Position numbers and translations under genes: made by a program. The notes under the pieces were generated by a model. It ran no database searches. It saw only the letters and a program-made list of their open reading frames with translations, and had not been told where the DNA came from. Shown piece by piece: positions 1 through 21,205 of a stretch of DNA of 64,000 nt. The stretch's first letter is position 1; every line of letters starts with the position of its first letter. The stretch spans positions 13,649,045 through 13,713,044 of the forward strand of contig NC_092680.1 of NCBI RefSeq assembly GCF_964355755.1. Reading direction: 5' to 3'. This DNA comes from Antedon mediterranea. Its lineage: Eukaryota; Animalia; Echinodermata.

Positions 1-629
1 CAACTTTTACCAAAGTACAATGTATAAATCTGACCGTAACAATAGTGTTTATTAATAAGGTACATAATGGTAAACCAGGCTAATATTAAATAGCGTAAAG
101 GAGAGGCCTATAACAGCAGCAGTTGACCCCTAATAGGAACAAGTATGAACTTTACAAAAAAACAAACATTTATCAGAATTATCTTTGAACTTGCAATAGC
201 AAAGTAATAGACAAACATTGAGTTTCCCAAAGTTTGAATTAGGGCAAACTATGTAAACATTTCAAAGATAAAATATAAGTCAGCCATAAAACTTTGTATT
301 GATATTGAAAAAAAATAATATTACAATGCAAAACAGTAGGGCCTCTTGGATGGCATGAGTTGGATATTATGGATGATTAACAAAATTCAACCAGGCGTAG
401 CTACAAGTTTTACTTTTAGGCCTAAAGCAAACTACTATATAATTCACTAACATGAATTATACCATTATGATATTTTAAGCAGTTATAAATAATCCAAGAC
501 AATAGACCAAGATTAATAACATTCCTATTACGATTTTGAAAATAAAAAATATATGTGTAAAAATAGTGAATGTTGGCTGGTGTGTAAAATGAGTAACCAT
601 TGTTCTGTATGTTCATATTTTGTTCATAG

Positions 630-3122
630 GAACATTTATAAGTGAAGATGACACAGGGTTGAGTGCAGTAGTTGGGTCAGCCGCCTTCAACGTCTTTATA
701 ATTATTGCTCTAGTTTCATTTTTTAGTGGAAAAGTAAGTATTTGACTTTGAGCCCATTATGTTCTAACTGTCATAGCAAAAGTAGGATTTTGTCAATGTT
801 GTAGAAAGAGAGACATCTGTCTATTGTACAATTAATATTTTGTTTATATTATATATATTAGGTTGTACACCTGACATGGTGGCCCCTAATAAGAGATTGT
901 GTGTGTTACGTTATTGGTATTTTACTACTGGTCTTTGCTATATACGACAGCGTTATAGAGTGGTAAGTACTGTTTTATAAAACACAACCCAATTATTCAG
1001 AATGTCAGTACATTTTGTTCACGAGCAGTGGGTGGCACCCTCTTTGAGGGCTGCAGAATAAGAAAGTGGGGCAAAATACAATAAAACAATATTAAAGTGC
1101 ACTGAATTAAAACTTTTAATCAATGAATCAACTTTCTTACTTCTAGGTGGGAAGGTCTCATTCTAACATTAATGTACATCGGCTACATTATATTGATGTA
1201 TTTCAACCCCAGAATATCGGAACAGGCGCAACGATTGACTGAAAGATTCAGGAAGAAAGAGGACGAATCAAAGCTTATCATTGATACAGATAAAAATGGA
1301 TATGGTTCTGCACCTGAAAATGGTAATATTCCTTACCATATAGATGCTCATTTATATGATACAGATTCAATAATTACAGACAATTCCACAAGCTTTAGTA
1401 AACCAGTTGGTTCAAATGGAAGTGAATTTAGCAATGAAATATTCAATGATCATTATAATAAATCATTAAGAACAAGGCATGATTCAGGTAAGTTTTATAT
1501 TTTGATTGTGATATTTTAAGATACGTTTGTATGTACGAAACTGGATTAGTAAATTGACAAATCTGTGCTCGACTGAGGTGGTATTTTTTGCTCCATGCAG
1601 CTTAAATTGAACCCACCCACAATTGCAATACCCTTAAAACTTGTAGCTACATTGTTAGTGTGTAACAACACTACACTATAAATTTTATGGGACAATTGTC
1701 AAACTCTATGATACGACAAAGTATTTTCTTCTAAGATCCATTATGCTACAGTATTTTCCAACCAATTCATCGATGAAACCCAATTTCGTGTTCAAGGGTT
1801 TCTTTTACATTAATGAAGTGACGTCATTTTAAAATTAAATTACAAATTTATTTTATCTTAAAACAGCAATTAGTGGAGTAAGTGAGCACCCAGAAAGGTT
1901 GGATAAACATGTGGTTCTTACACCTCCAAAGGGGAAATTTTCATTTCTGATATGGTTAATTGGATTCCCTCCAATTCTTTTGATATACATAACAATACCG
2001 GATTGTCGAAAGAAGGGCTGTTGGAGGGAGTGCTACATGCTGACATTTATTCTGGCAACAGTTTGGCTGGCTTGTACATCATATGCCCTATATTGGATGA
2101 TTGTTGTTATAGGTAAGTTGAGAAATTTGCATTGTTTGTCATGCATTACAATCAAACAATCAATGACAGTTAGTAGGCAGGTACACACATCATTATTCCT
2201 AGGTCAAAGATAACAGAGAATGGCAATAGAATAATTTTACAGACACAACTTCAAATTTTAAATGGATTGAACATAAAACTGAGTTCATTATTCTATTTTG
2301 TTTGCCTTTAGGTTACACATTTAATATTCCAGACACAGTGATGGGTATCACATTCCTGGCTGCAGGTACAAGTGTCCCTGATGCTATAGCTAGTGTACTT
2401 GTAGCACGAGATGGTAAGACTTAACTAACTTGAAACCTATCTTGCAAACAGGTTTATTTTTTAAAAAAATTTGGAATAGATTTCATATATTATATTTTTT
2501 TTAGTACAGGGAAGTTATCCTTGTCTTACAACATTTTAAATTTATTTTGACTTCATTTCGTAATAAAGGCCAGGATAATTAAAGTGATGCGGTGTGAGAG
2601 ATGGAAGCAATCTACTCCTTAGAGGTCATCTGATGGTGCAAATAAATTTTCATTTTTCCAAATTGCTTTTAGTTCAGGAATCTCATGAATGGGTGTATCC
2701 TGCCAAAAGCTGTTGGTTACGCCTCTGGTATATGTAGTTTCTCTTATCATAGTATTCTTTTATTTATTATTATTATTATTATTTATTTATTTTCAGGATT
2801 CGGAGACATGGCAATCGCCAACATCATAGGCAGTAATATTTTTGAAATATTTGTTTGTCTTGGATTTTTATGGTTCTTAAAGGCAGTTATAGACGTTCCT
2901 GTTTTCATCGCAAGTGATGGACTAACGTTCACGTCATTGTCACTATTGTTTACTGTAGCCTTTATCATTATTCTTATTCATTTTAACGGCTGGAAGCTGG
3001 ATAGGAAGATGGGAATTATATGTACCTTGACCTACTGTATATTCATTACCATTGCTATATTACGAGAACTTGGAATTTTGGGTGATGTAGAGGTTCCCAT
3101 TTACTGCCCAGGACCAGAATAA
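630..3122 (+). CDS. K+-dependent Na+/Ca2+ exchanger (SLC24/NCKX family), last six coding exons; 5' part lies outside the window
   Basis: Phase-consistent GT..AG exons 630-733, 862-962, 1147-1487, 1867-2112, 2312-2413, 2797-3122. They encode VGSAAFN (alpha-1 repeat), LTWWPLIRD, MGITFLAAGTSVPDAIAS and GFGDMAIANIIGSNIF (alpha-2 repeat). The paralogue cannot be assigned. Confidence 0.95.
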
Positions 3123-3444
3123 TAATTATTTCAGTTCATAAAATGAATCCACCAGGATTATGGTTATACATTTGGACAAACCAATACAATTTGATTGTAC
3201 TCTGGTATCAATTTCTTTAAGTGTATATTGCAAATATTGACATTTTAAATTAAAAATATGAAATATATTTTGTTTAATTATACAAGAAACATAACGACAG
3301 AGGTCAAGCTGAAGGATAAAGGTGAGATGCCTGATAGGGAGGATGTTTGCTTTGAGCAAACCCTTTAAATGTTGGTCTTAATTTAAATCTTTCATTTCTT
3401 GTTTTTGTAATATTAAGTTGTTTCCTACCTGAAATTTTTTTTTA

Positions 3445-4036
3445 TAAGTAACTATGTGCCCAGGGCTCTAGTCTAGGTTCTAGACGGAGTTTGTAAGTAA
3501 CTATGTACCCAGGGCTCTAGTCTAGGTTCTAGACGGAGTTTGTAAGTAACTATGTACCCAGGGCTCTAGTCTAGGTTCTAGACGGAGTTTGTAAGTAACT
3601 ATGTACCCAGGGCTCTAGTCTAGGTTCTAGACGGAGTTTGTAAGTAACTATGTACCCAGGGCTCTAGTCTAGGTTCTAGACGGAGTTTGTAAGTAACTAT
3701 GTGCCCAGGGCTCTCCTCTAGTCTAGGTTCTAGACGGAGTTTGTAAGTAACTATGTGCCCAGGGCTCTAGTCTAGGTTCTAGACGGAGTTTGTAAGTAAC
3801 TATGTACCCAGGGCTCTAGTCTAGGTTCTAGACGGAGTTTGTAAGTAACTATGTACCCAGGGCTCTAGTCTAGGTTCTAGACGGAGTTTGTAAGTAACTA
3901 TGTACCCAGGGCTCTAGTCTAGGTTCTAGACGGAGTTTGTAAGTAACTAGGTACCCAGGGCTCTAGTCTAGGTTCTAGACGGAGTTTGTAAGTAACTATG
4001 TACCCAGGGCTCTAGTCTAGGTTCTAGACGGAGTTT
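3445..4036. repeat. Minisatellite, 49-bp unit, about 12 copies
   Basis: Unit gtaagtaactatgtacccagggctctagtctaggttctagacggagttt; successive starts at 3493 and 3542; copies nearly identical. Confidence 0.97.
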
Positions 4037-4196
4037 TTACTTAATATAAAAGTAAAAAGATTTCATACTATTAACTTTCTTTAAAATGTTCACATATTAA
4101 AATTTAAAAGTACACTATATACTTTAACAGTGCATCATTTTTAAAAATTGTTAAAGATGTCATCATAGTACAGTCACATATGTAAGGAAAACTAGC

Positions 4197-7090
4197 TCCA
4201 GCTCGATATTTGTGCCAAAATAGATTTTATTGGCTAACTTTGTTATTCTTGAGTTGCTGAATTCAAAAAAGTTAGGTGCCATTTTTTTCGACCACTCCTT
4301 CAGCCGCCATTTTGTATTTCAAAATGGCCGACATTCCACACTAAACTTTGTCATCCATGGTATCATCAGAAAGGGAATGTAATACTGATCATTTTATCCC
4401 ATTACATCCATATAAACAAATGCATAGTTACATAGTTATTTAACAATAAACAAGTCACGTGACCAATAAAGGTCAAAAGGTCAACTTTAATTTTCTCAAA
4501 TACTTTACTGTTTGGTATCGTAGGATAGCTTTTTTTATTCTGAATACAGTTTTTCTAAAATCTATTCGATTTTCCTTTGTTTATTGTCATAATTTTCCAA
4601 TTATGTAAATAAACTGTTTTTAAATGTACAATAAAAAAGGTCTCCTTCGTATTATAAGATAAATACGGTTTTTCTTATTGGTTTTACAATTCATTGAAAT
4701 GTTGGTAACATTTATCTGGTTATAATAACAATTTCAGTGTGTGAAAATACTTTAGTATAAGTTTAGTTTAACTATCACGATCCTCGATATGCCCGGTTTT
4801 CGCATTGCAAGTAAAAAACAAGATCAAACAACCATTGCTTTGCAGGTAAATTAGTTGCAACGGAAACATGATCTTGGAGGTAAAATAATTGATTTTAGTA
4901 CCTTTATTTGAGCAAGTTCAGACAACTACTACGGCAGAAACGTAACTTTGGAAAGTAATTTAGATTTCTCTTAATTCTGCTAGTTAATGTAGTCTAGTTT
5001 TATTTATAACTATATCCAGTGCAGTGGCGTCTATGTTTTTTTTTTCAAACATGGTTTTCTGCCAATAGCATGGTTGCATGTTGTAAGCCTATGCCTATAT
5101 ATATATAAAGTAAATCGATAAAAAAGTTGTTGCTTATTTAAATTAATTTATGTACACATTCTTATATTATATATATTGGATATTTGTGTGACCATAAAGG
5201 CAGGATAGAAAACAGCTCATCTATACTGTGTATAAGTAGTCGAATAATCTTCCACCGTTTCAGATGATAACATAATTATTGAATATACAATAAATCGGTG
5301 GCATATGCTCATACTCATAAGAATACAAATTAATACTAACAACAAACGGATACAATGGGATCATGCCCAAGAACAAAAAAATAATAATAATTCAAAACGC
5401 ATCGAAGACTGAAAAGCCGATTCCATCCCCTACCGGTGTGTGGTCGCACTTCACTCTTTAAAAAAACCCCACTGCATTTTTGAGAAATATAACTGAGACA
5501 TGCGGTAAAAGCAACAAAATTAAAATACATAAATTTATAAAAGGGAATTCAATAACATAAATCGTTACATACGGTACATATTTATAAAGTGTCTGTAAGT
5601 TAAAAGATTTCGTTTTTCTCAAACTAATTTGAATATTATTGCTGGAAAGTGGATATTGTTTCCCTTTTTTCCGATAAGTTCTTAAAGTTAAGTTACCACA
5701 AACAAGTATAGTTTGATTAATTATTCTATATGACTTTTGATAATAACAACATATAGTTAGGATTTATATTGCGATAATCACAAACCATACGTAAAAATCA
5801 AAAAGAATTTTTGGACGTTAACAATACCGTAATTCGTTTCTTTACAATATCGATTGGTAGTTTGTAAAGGTAGTAAAGGCAGCAGTAGGACACTTACTTT
5901 TCTTTATTACGTGTAAACTTTATTTGAGGAAAACTAATTGATCTTAAATTTTTTTTTTATTCTTAAGATTTTTTCACATATTATAATATCAAATGCAAAT
6001 ATTCTGTTTGCTGCACTTCATCTGACGTTCAAAGAGAAAGGGAAAGACATGCCAATTAACATTTGCATTGTGCACAGATGGCTTTATATTGTGTGGTACC
6101 CCCTTTGACAAAAATACAAATGATTTTGCACGCTACGCAAATGATACCATGACCCGTAGCATTTTTTTTTCTTTTTACGAAAAACAGAAATGTAAACTAC
6201 TAAAAATAAAATAGATTCAGAATTTAAAAATCTATCCAACGAAACAAAGCAAATATGTGCTTTGACAACAGTTTATTTCACCTTTGTTCACGGACTATAA
6301 TTATTTTGATTTCAAATTAAATAACTCGGAAACTTGACATTACCGTACGGTACTTATTCAGTATTAAGATAATATATAATATAAAACATATAAATGGACA
6401 ATGACAAAGTCGAAAGAAAATCAAACAAACATTTGAATGAATTGTAAAACCAATAAGAAAAACCGTATTTATCTTAATATGAAGGAGACTACTTTTTTCA
6501 TTGTTAAAATGAGTATAGCGAGGCATTAATGAATAGGCAAACTGCCTTAAAATGTGACATGTGTCAAGAAACTATTCTCATCATCAGAAGAACAGAAAAC
6601 AACGCCTAGAGTACTTATATACCAATAGACCAATAGGACAGATTGTATGTAAATAAGGATTAGCATGATAAAACAACAAGGAACATTTAAAAACAATTTA
6701 TTTACATAATTGGAAAATTATGACAATAAACAAAGTAAAATAGAATAGATATTAGTAAAACTGTATTCAGAATAAAAAGATCTATCCAACGATACCAAAC
6801 AGTACAGTATTTTGGTGAAATAGCATTTTAACATTTTGACCTTTATTGGTCACGTGATTTGTTTAATTTCGCAATTACTATGTAACTATGCGTTTATTGA
6901 TATGGGTGTAATGGAATAAAATAATCAGTATTACATTCCCTTTCCAATGATACCATGGATGACCAACTTTAGTGTGGAACGGCTGAAGGAGTGGTCGAAA
7001 AAAAATGGCACCTAACTTTTTTGGATTCAGCATCTCAAGAATAACAAAGTTAGCTAAAAAAATCTATTTTGGCACAAATATCGAGCTGGA
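4197..7090. mobile_element. Non-autonomous DNA transposon-like element with ~410-430-bp imperfect inverted arms
   Basis: About 4197-4628 (tccagctcgatatttgtgccaaaatagatttt...) is the reverse complement of about 6683-7090 (...aaaatctattttggcacaaatatcgagctgga). No coding capacity or clear TSD seen. Confidence 0.75.
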
Positions 7091-8005
7091 AGACATAATA
7101 ACCCGTACTATCATAGTAAAACATTATAATTCATTGCGGTATGTAATAATCTATCTGCACCAAAGTGGTTACTGCATACATGGAGGAATCTTTCTTCAGT
7201 TGTGTATGGCTCGGTGGTCTGTGCTCGTGTCTATAGCATTTAAGGTACCGAGATCGAGTCTCACCTTTGGAAACAAAACAAGATTTTTTTATTATCCCTA
7301 TTGTTTGTTCAAATTTATTTCTTAGTGTATAGATTATACACATGATTTATAATGAAATCTGGATAAAAAGTCTTTATTTTTATGTAACAAATGTGGTTTA
7401 TGACATTATATGCAGAGGGATCTTTGATCGGATTGTGATACCGGCTATTATATTTGTGTTATAAATAATTAAAGATTCTGACAAAATCAATCACTCAATC
7501 AAAAAAAAAAAAAATCAATTATCTTTATTCATAGGTTATATATAACCTATAATTCATCATAGTGACAAATTAAATCTAGTTATTATTTCAGTTCATAAAA
7601 TGAATCCATCAGGATTATGGACAAACCAAAGCAAATTGATTGTACTGGTATTAAAGTGTATATTGCAAATATTGATATTGATATAGTTAATAAAAAGATA
7701 TATTTATTATCAACTATAGTTTTCTATATAGTTTTTTTATGTTTAAAAAAAATTTAAATAATAAAACATAAATTTTCAGTCACCTACTTTGCTGTAGTGT
7801 GACAGTTGACAAATACTATAATTGTGAAACATGTTATTTGATTATGATTATAACATTAATAGTAGATTTATATGATCGCTTTATGGGATTACTGTATACA
7901 TTAAGACTGCCCAACATTTAAAGCATCAAAGTTGGGAATACCCACATAACTGTGTCTCCCAAAGTATGCAGTGCTGGTGTAACATTTGACTCTTTACTAT
8001 CCGTG

Positions 8006-8068
8006 AATAGGCACACAAGTAATAGGCACACAAGTAATAGGCACACAAGTAATAGGCACACAAGTAAT
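8006..8068. repeat. 15-bp tandem repeat x4
   Basis: (aataggcacacaagt)4. Confidence 0.9.
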
Positions 8069-8166
8069 CAAAGCTGTAGCTTAGTTCTTACTAGGACACA
8101 ACACAAGGAAGTAAGCGCAGTCCAAGTAATTTGATAATATTCAAACTGTTGATTGTTATTGGTTAA

Positions 8167-8462
8167 AGATGTATTGTCCCCCTGAAAAAATAATTTTTAA
8201 ACAAAATTGGTTGAATATGCTATTTTAATGTCACATAATAGTTACCAACCATTTTGACAAACAATTGGATAGAAAAAAATGTAGTTACCTGAAGAAACTG
8301 TAATTTAAAGCAAAAAATATTCAAATTGGCTTCCAGCCAACAAGTAATGTCATTTTATAAGCGAAAAAAATGTTGTGATTAACTTCAAAACTACAAAATA
8401 ACCTATCCAAAGTCTGATTTAATTAATCTTCATTTTTTATGATTTTGGGGGACAATACATCT
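8167..8462. mobile_element. MITE with TTAA TSD (Kolobok-like termini)
   Basis: ttaa|agatgtattgtccc ... gggacaatacatct|ttaa; same termini as the element at 45040-45584. Confidence 0.8.
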
Positions 8463-8708
8463 TTAACTTGATTGACTTGATTACACTTCAATTGGTTGCC
8501 AGTGAAACAGCGTGTCCACGGATTGCTTGTTTCCATACTTTAATAGGTGCCAGAGTTCTGAGAAGGTCAAGGCTCAACTGGTGCTGAACACTGGTTAACG
8601 ATGACAGCATCCCACATTTCAGTTTGAGTGCTTTCCCTTCTCCTTATTTTCATAGCGTTTTGAGCCTTCTTTTTTGCGCTTTAAAAATTATAACAATTAA
8701 AAAAAGAA

Positions 8709-9858
8709 CTAGATTTGAACTCGTCACTACGGACGAGTTAGGTTATCCGCAGCGCAAAAGCTACATGCGCGTCATACGTTAGAATATTGCGCGCAGAAAA
8801 ACGATTATGCCATTGAAAAAATGTTAGCGCGCTCTCTATTTTGTGTCACGTCAAAGTGTATACGGTATACACTATATACTGTATACGTACTACGTACAGT
8901 TCAGAATAGGTGAAAATAAGTGACCAAAGTTATTGACGCTTTTGCACATGATGACGTCATAACAATTGTTAAAATGGTGAATCATGCGAAAGATAATTGA
9001 TTGACCTAGACAATATAAAGAAATGGAGGGCAATGGAATACGGATAAGTGGAGATGCGCTCTATTAAATGTGATGAGCTATGACAAAAGAGAAAAGAATC
9101 CTATATTTTATATTCCAGTGGCCATACGATGACGTCATAATGTCCGGTTAGCCATATGGATGCATGATTTGATATCTACAACTCATCTACTTCCAGAATC
9201 TGAAATTTTAAAAATGTTCACCACGGAGTTTAGAATCTATGACTTTTAAAATAAAGGCATAATTTTCACGAATTTTTGAACTTTTTCATCAAAAACACGC
9301 GCAAATTTTTCAATTCTACGTGCTCGTATGACGTGATTTTAAGTCCAAATTGTTTGAAAGTTGGTAAATTTACTAGAAAAGGCTGGAAAAACAAAAATCA
9401 AAAAAAAAAAAGATGTTTTTGCGCTACGTGCGCACGCGCGCGTAAAAAAATTGCGCATGCCTGGGAATTTTTTAAATGCTCAAAATGACATGAAACGCGT
9501 AGAAAGTTGATTAGAAGTTGATTTTTTGCATTTTGAAATTTTAAACGCGCGTGCGCGCGTAACTTCCTGTGAAACATGCCATTTTTAATCCATAGAAAGT
9601 TTGCGCTTGATATGACTTAAATGTTCACTAAGTTTCAATACAAAATGACTTTCGGTTTTTAATCTATGATCAATCATTTAAATTCATAAAACCGCGCGTA
9701 ACTTACGCTGCGCAACTCAAAATTCATAAAAAAAAGTTTCTTGCACATCTACAGCTACAGGGCAATCTTTTGACAAAGTTATACAATCATATGTTTGCCA
9801 GAGTTAGAGATACGCTGCGAACAAAATTCGTGGAAAGAAAGAAGAACATAGAAAAAAA

Positions 9859-9889
<31 letters not shown>

Positions 9890-9936
9890 GATCCTGACAA
9901 TAACAAGGGGTTATCCGCCAAGTGCGGATAACCAAC
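8709..9936 (-). mobile_element. Non-autonomous Helentron/DINE-1-like rolling-circle element, copy A
   Basis: On the - strand: 5' stem-loop (9909-9933), T-rich simple repeat, 3' subterminal repeat (8741-8750) matching the 5' stem, hairpin (8718-8739), then CTAG-TT. Confidence 0.7.
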
Positions 9937-9949
9937 TAAACTACATTTG

Positions 9950-11153
9950 TATTAGGCTATCGCTCTCTGTAGAGCGATAGCCTATTGTTATTGTCACAAA
10001 TTTCATTTTTTCTGCTCAATTTTTGTGCGCAGCAGATCTCAAAAACGGCGGTAGCAGTTATGTTGTAACTTGGCCAGCAGATGCACGTATATATGTAGTT
10101 GTGCAACACACTTTGGTTTAATGAAAATATTGTCGCGTAGCGTAACTACGCGCGATTTTCTGAAATTCTTAGATTGACTATAACTTGAAAACCAATAGCT
10201 ATTTTTAAATACCACTTGAAACACGTATGCTTCATGTCAAGGGTCATCTTTCTGTATCATCAGCAAAATTTTGAACATTGGTCAAATCGCGCGTACGCGC
10301 GCTTTGAAAGTTAAAAATGCTCAAAATCAATTTCTAATCAACTTTCTACACGTTTCAAGACATTTTAAGCATTTCACATTTTTCAAAAAAATTTGCGTTG
10401 CGCGCGCGCTATTGCGCACTTCGCTCGTACGCAGCCTAGAAAGCCCGTTTTTGCGCTTGATTATTGTTTTTCATAGTTTTATGATATATTTCTTTCATAT
10501 TTGATGAATTATGAATGCAAAATAATGACACACGTGCACGTCAAACTTTAAAAATCGTGCGCTTGAAAATTGGTAATTTTATGCAAATTTGTGTAAAAAT
10601 ATGCCTATTTTGAATCGATTATAGCTCTCCAGGATGTCTGGTGACCCCCAATTTTTTTAACCTAATATGTAAGCAGATATATTGTAGATATGAATTCATG
10701 CAAAATTTTTACCTCTGGGCTGTTGTGACGTCATCGTATGGCCACACAAATGTAAAATATAGGGATTTTGTTTCTTTTGACACAGTTCGTCACATTCAAT
10801 AGAGCGCATACCGCGTAAACGTTATCAATTTTCTTCCAATTTTCAATATTTTATTACTAAAATAATTCCTTTTTAGACTTATAAACTTTTTTTTTTAATT
10901 TGAAAAGGTCATCATTTTCAAACAATTGAATAAACGTGAGTGGTATAAAATAAAAAATAACCGTCAACTAAACCGTTTACAATGCTAATACCGTCAACTG
11001 TTGACACTTATTAAACGATTTTGATGTATTCCAGCTGTTCTTTACAATCGTTGTAGTGCAGCCTATTGTAGACTAAGCATAATAAATAACATGTGCGTGT
11101 TACGATGCGTTGGGCGATAGCCTAACTCGTCAACGTGACGAGTTCAAATCTAG
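9950..11153 (+). mobile_element. Non-autonomous Helentron/DINE-1-like rolling-circle element, copy B (related subfamily)
   Basis: 5' stem-loop taggctatcgctct-ctgt-agagcgatagccta (9953-9984); 3' gcgatagcct (11114-11123), hairpin aactcgtca-acg-tgacgagtt, then caaatCTAG-tt. Internal similarity to copy A. Confidence 0.7.
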
Positions 11154-12029
11154 TTCTTTTATTTGCTGGTACATTGATGCACCATCACCTACATAGCTTT
11201 AAAAACTAATATGAAACTGCATTTTCTAGTTAGGAGTGATAGATGATAAATACTTTTATTATGTGATAAGCTGTATTTTTATTATAAATATACCAGTAGG
11301 TTTATCACATGATTAATTTATGGCTCCATATGCATTTAGAACCCAATACAACTGTTGACATCTATCCTACACAGTACACTGTATAGAGCAATTGCATATA
11401 TTTGTGGTTTCTGTACATACAGTATATGACACAAGTCTAGGTATATGCTGTAAATTCCAATATTTAAGACTAAAAAGGAGGTAACACTACACTGAGATAT
11501 AAAGTGTTCATTTGGCATAATCGATTGGAGGCTTCAACCATGGAGGTATAAAAAATATACCTCCATGCTTCAACATAGTATTTTAGTTTAGAGTATAGTT
11601 TTTCTGTTGAGTATTTAGTACAAGAATATTTACCCAACGAACAAACATGTTATAGCACTTGTTTACTTCATCAAATACACTAAAGACCAAATATCTATGT
11701 CTTGCTTGTAAAATTTATGACTGATGACTTTATAAGACTGAATGATGGCAAGAGTGAAAACAGAATAAAAGACATATTTTAATTTAACTTGTAATTAATA
11801 AAGCCTGGATCAAATTCTAAACCTCTCAAGAATAAAAATTTGTAGGAATTTATTTGTGATACTGTGAATGTTAAAGCTGCTTTTAACAGTACATGACCGA
11901 GAATAGTCACCGGGGGAAAATGGTATGAAATTAGTAGGTGTAGGTTTATGCTGGGATTGCATTAACATTGGAATTTACCCTGTCCTGTGTCCACATTTAG
12001 CCTTATACTCGAGAATGGGATTATACTCG

Positions 12030-12096
12030 GCCAAGGACCGTTGTGGCTGGAGAAAGCTTTTAGTCGCCTGCTCCGCAGTCGACTGATGATGATGAT
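12030..12096 (+). mobile_element. Extreme 3' tip of an RTE-like LINE
   Basis: Reads AKDRCGWRKLLVACSAVD* followed by a (TGA)n tail, as in RTE-clade 3' ends. Very short. Confidence 0.4.
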
Positions 12097-12451
12097 AAAG
12101 GTAGTAATTAATTTAAATTTAGTTCAATAAAAGCTGCTGAACATTATTATTTATGGTAGGAAAACACTGCATTTTCATACAGCATTATCAGTTACTAATT
12201 AATTACATATTATGGTCTTTTGTAAGTAATACTGTAATTAATAACTATAGGAATATTTTCAAAGCATTTTTTACTTACAGAAAGTAATATATGTTAGGAG
12301 AATTAATGTGTATTAACTATTCAATGTAACATACTGTTTAAATGCTCACAAAGTGTACCATTCATTCAGTTACTAAAGCCATTTTTATTTCAAAATATAA
12401 TTCTGCATAAATGTAAAATACTGTATTTCATCCATTGTATGTTTTCCTTAA

Positions 12452-12935
12452 CACTTTGACTGCCAGAGGTTTTTCCAGTTTGAAACTGCCACCGCCAGCG
12501 TTTTTAGCTAATTTCGATGTTTTCATTAAAGCTGATTGAAACTATGTATGTGATCTGATTAATATATAATTTAGACTAAAATAATCATAAAGATTTTAGC
12601 TTTAAAATGGTACCAAGAACGATTTTCAAATGTAAATCGTAATAGTAAAATAAAAGTAACCCACTTTTTTAGTTTTTCGTAGTTTCGCACAAGAATGAGA
12701 TATTCGCGATTTTGTACAAGACATCACAATATGAAAATATCGCCCGGTGAGATCAACAAAATAAACATTACTTACACAGCATCGATAGGCCTTAAAACAA
12801 GGTATCACAATCTAAAAATGTATTACATTTTATAAATAAAAAATCAAAGTTTCGCCAAAATCCACTTAGTAAAGACACTAGGCCTAGTCAACCAGGCCTA
12901 AAGTTGGTCCGAAATCGTTTTGCGCCTAGGCCTGG
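12452..12935 (-). mobile_element. Truncated copy of the TTAA-targeting (piggyBac-like) element at 46737-47796
   Basis: ttaa|cactttgactgccagaggtttttccagtt...; reverse complement of about 47290-47796. Confidence 0.8.
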
Positions 12936-13832
12936 CCATACTTCTTACACCCTTTCTAAAGGATTATTAAGTAGTATAAATAAAATGCCCTATACCCCAC
13001 AGTACATGCCTTTTCTTTAGCAGTCTTTATTCTGCCATCAAAAGGACAAATAATGAATCTAAAGTTTATTTATTAAACATTTATTACTTTCACTGTTGGA
13101 AGTAAAAAGTTTTTGTAAGAAATAAAGAAAAAACCACCCAAAACAAACCCCTAAAACAAAGAAAATTAGACTACAAAACAATGCAAAATTATAAACAAAT
13201 TTGGCAAATAAGAATAAATATAGTTGCATCAGATTTGAAAATTGAAACAATACATTTTAACTGTTATGTTTCTTCTTCAACAAGGCTACACATCTGTTAT
13301 ATATATTGCATACATAGCCCTGATGAAGGATTAACTATTTTCCAAATGTTTGCCACTTCTTTCTGGCTGTTTAGTACTTTACCGTTTTGATTTAGCTTTC
13401 TACTTTCTATTTGTATCTCCATTGATACCCACAGCATTGTCATTTTTCCCCAAGTAATTTGCCTTTGTATTTATATACATACATAATCATATATAAATAT
13501 TATTTACTGTACTGTAGAATTAAAAACAAAAATGCTCCATTAAATTATCTAATATTAATTTCAACCCTTTCATACTACTTTTTACTTTTGACGTACTGTA
13601 ATAAAATTGAGAAAACCAAGAGGATGAATTCACAACAAAAATGAATTACCAAAAAAGCCCGATTCCAAAAGAATTGTGAATACCCTCAAAGCTGAAGATA
13701 TTTGAGATTTATGATTAAAAATCCAAATTTTATATAAATATAAATATATATAGTTTGTTGCTTTTTTGCATGTTCCCTACATATAAATAATTCTGATGTA
13801 ACATCTTCCACACTATTGAACTACCTAAAAAT

Positions 13833-21205
<7,373 letters not shown>

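Noticed and set aside
3445-4036. Regular repeats resembling a CRISPR array (also 18718-20280 and 63628-64000)
   Set aside because: Head-to-tail units with no unique spacers, no cas genes, eukaryotic context; these are minisatellites.
8480-8690. GC-richer exon-like patch on the - strand
   Set aside because: Short frames with no recognisable homology and no partner exons.
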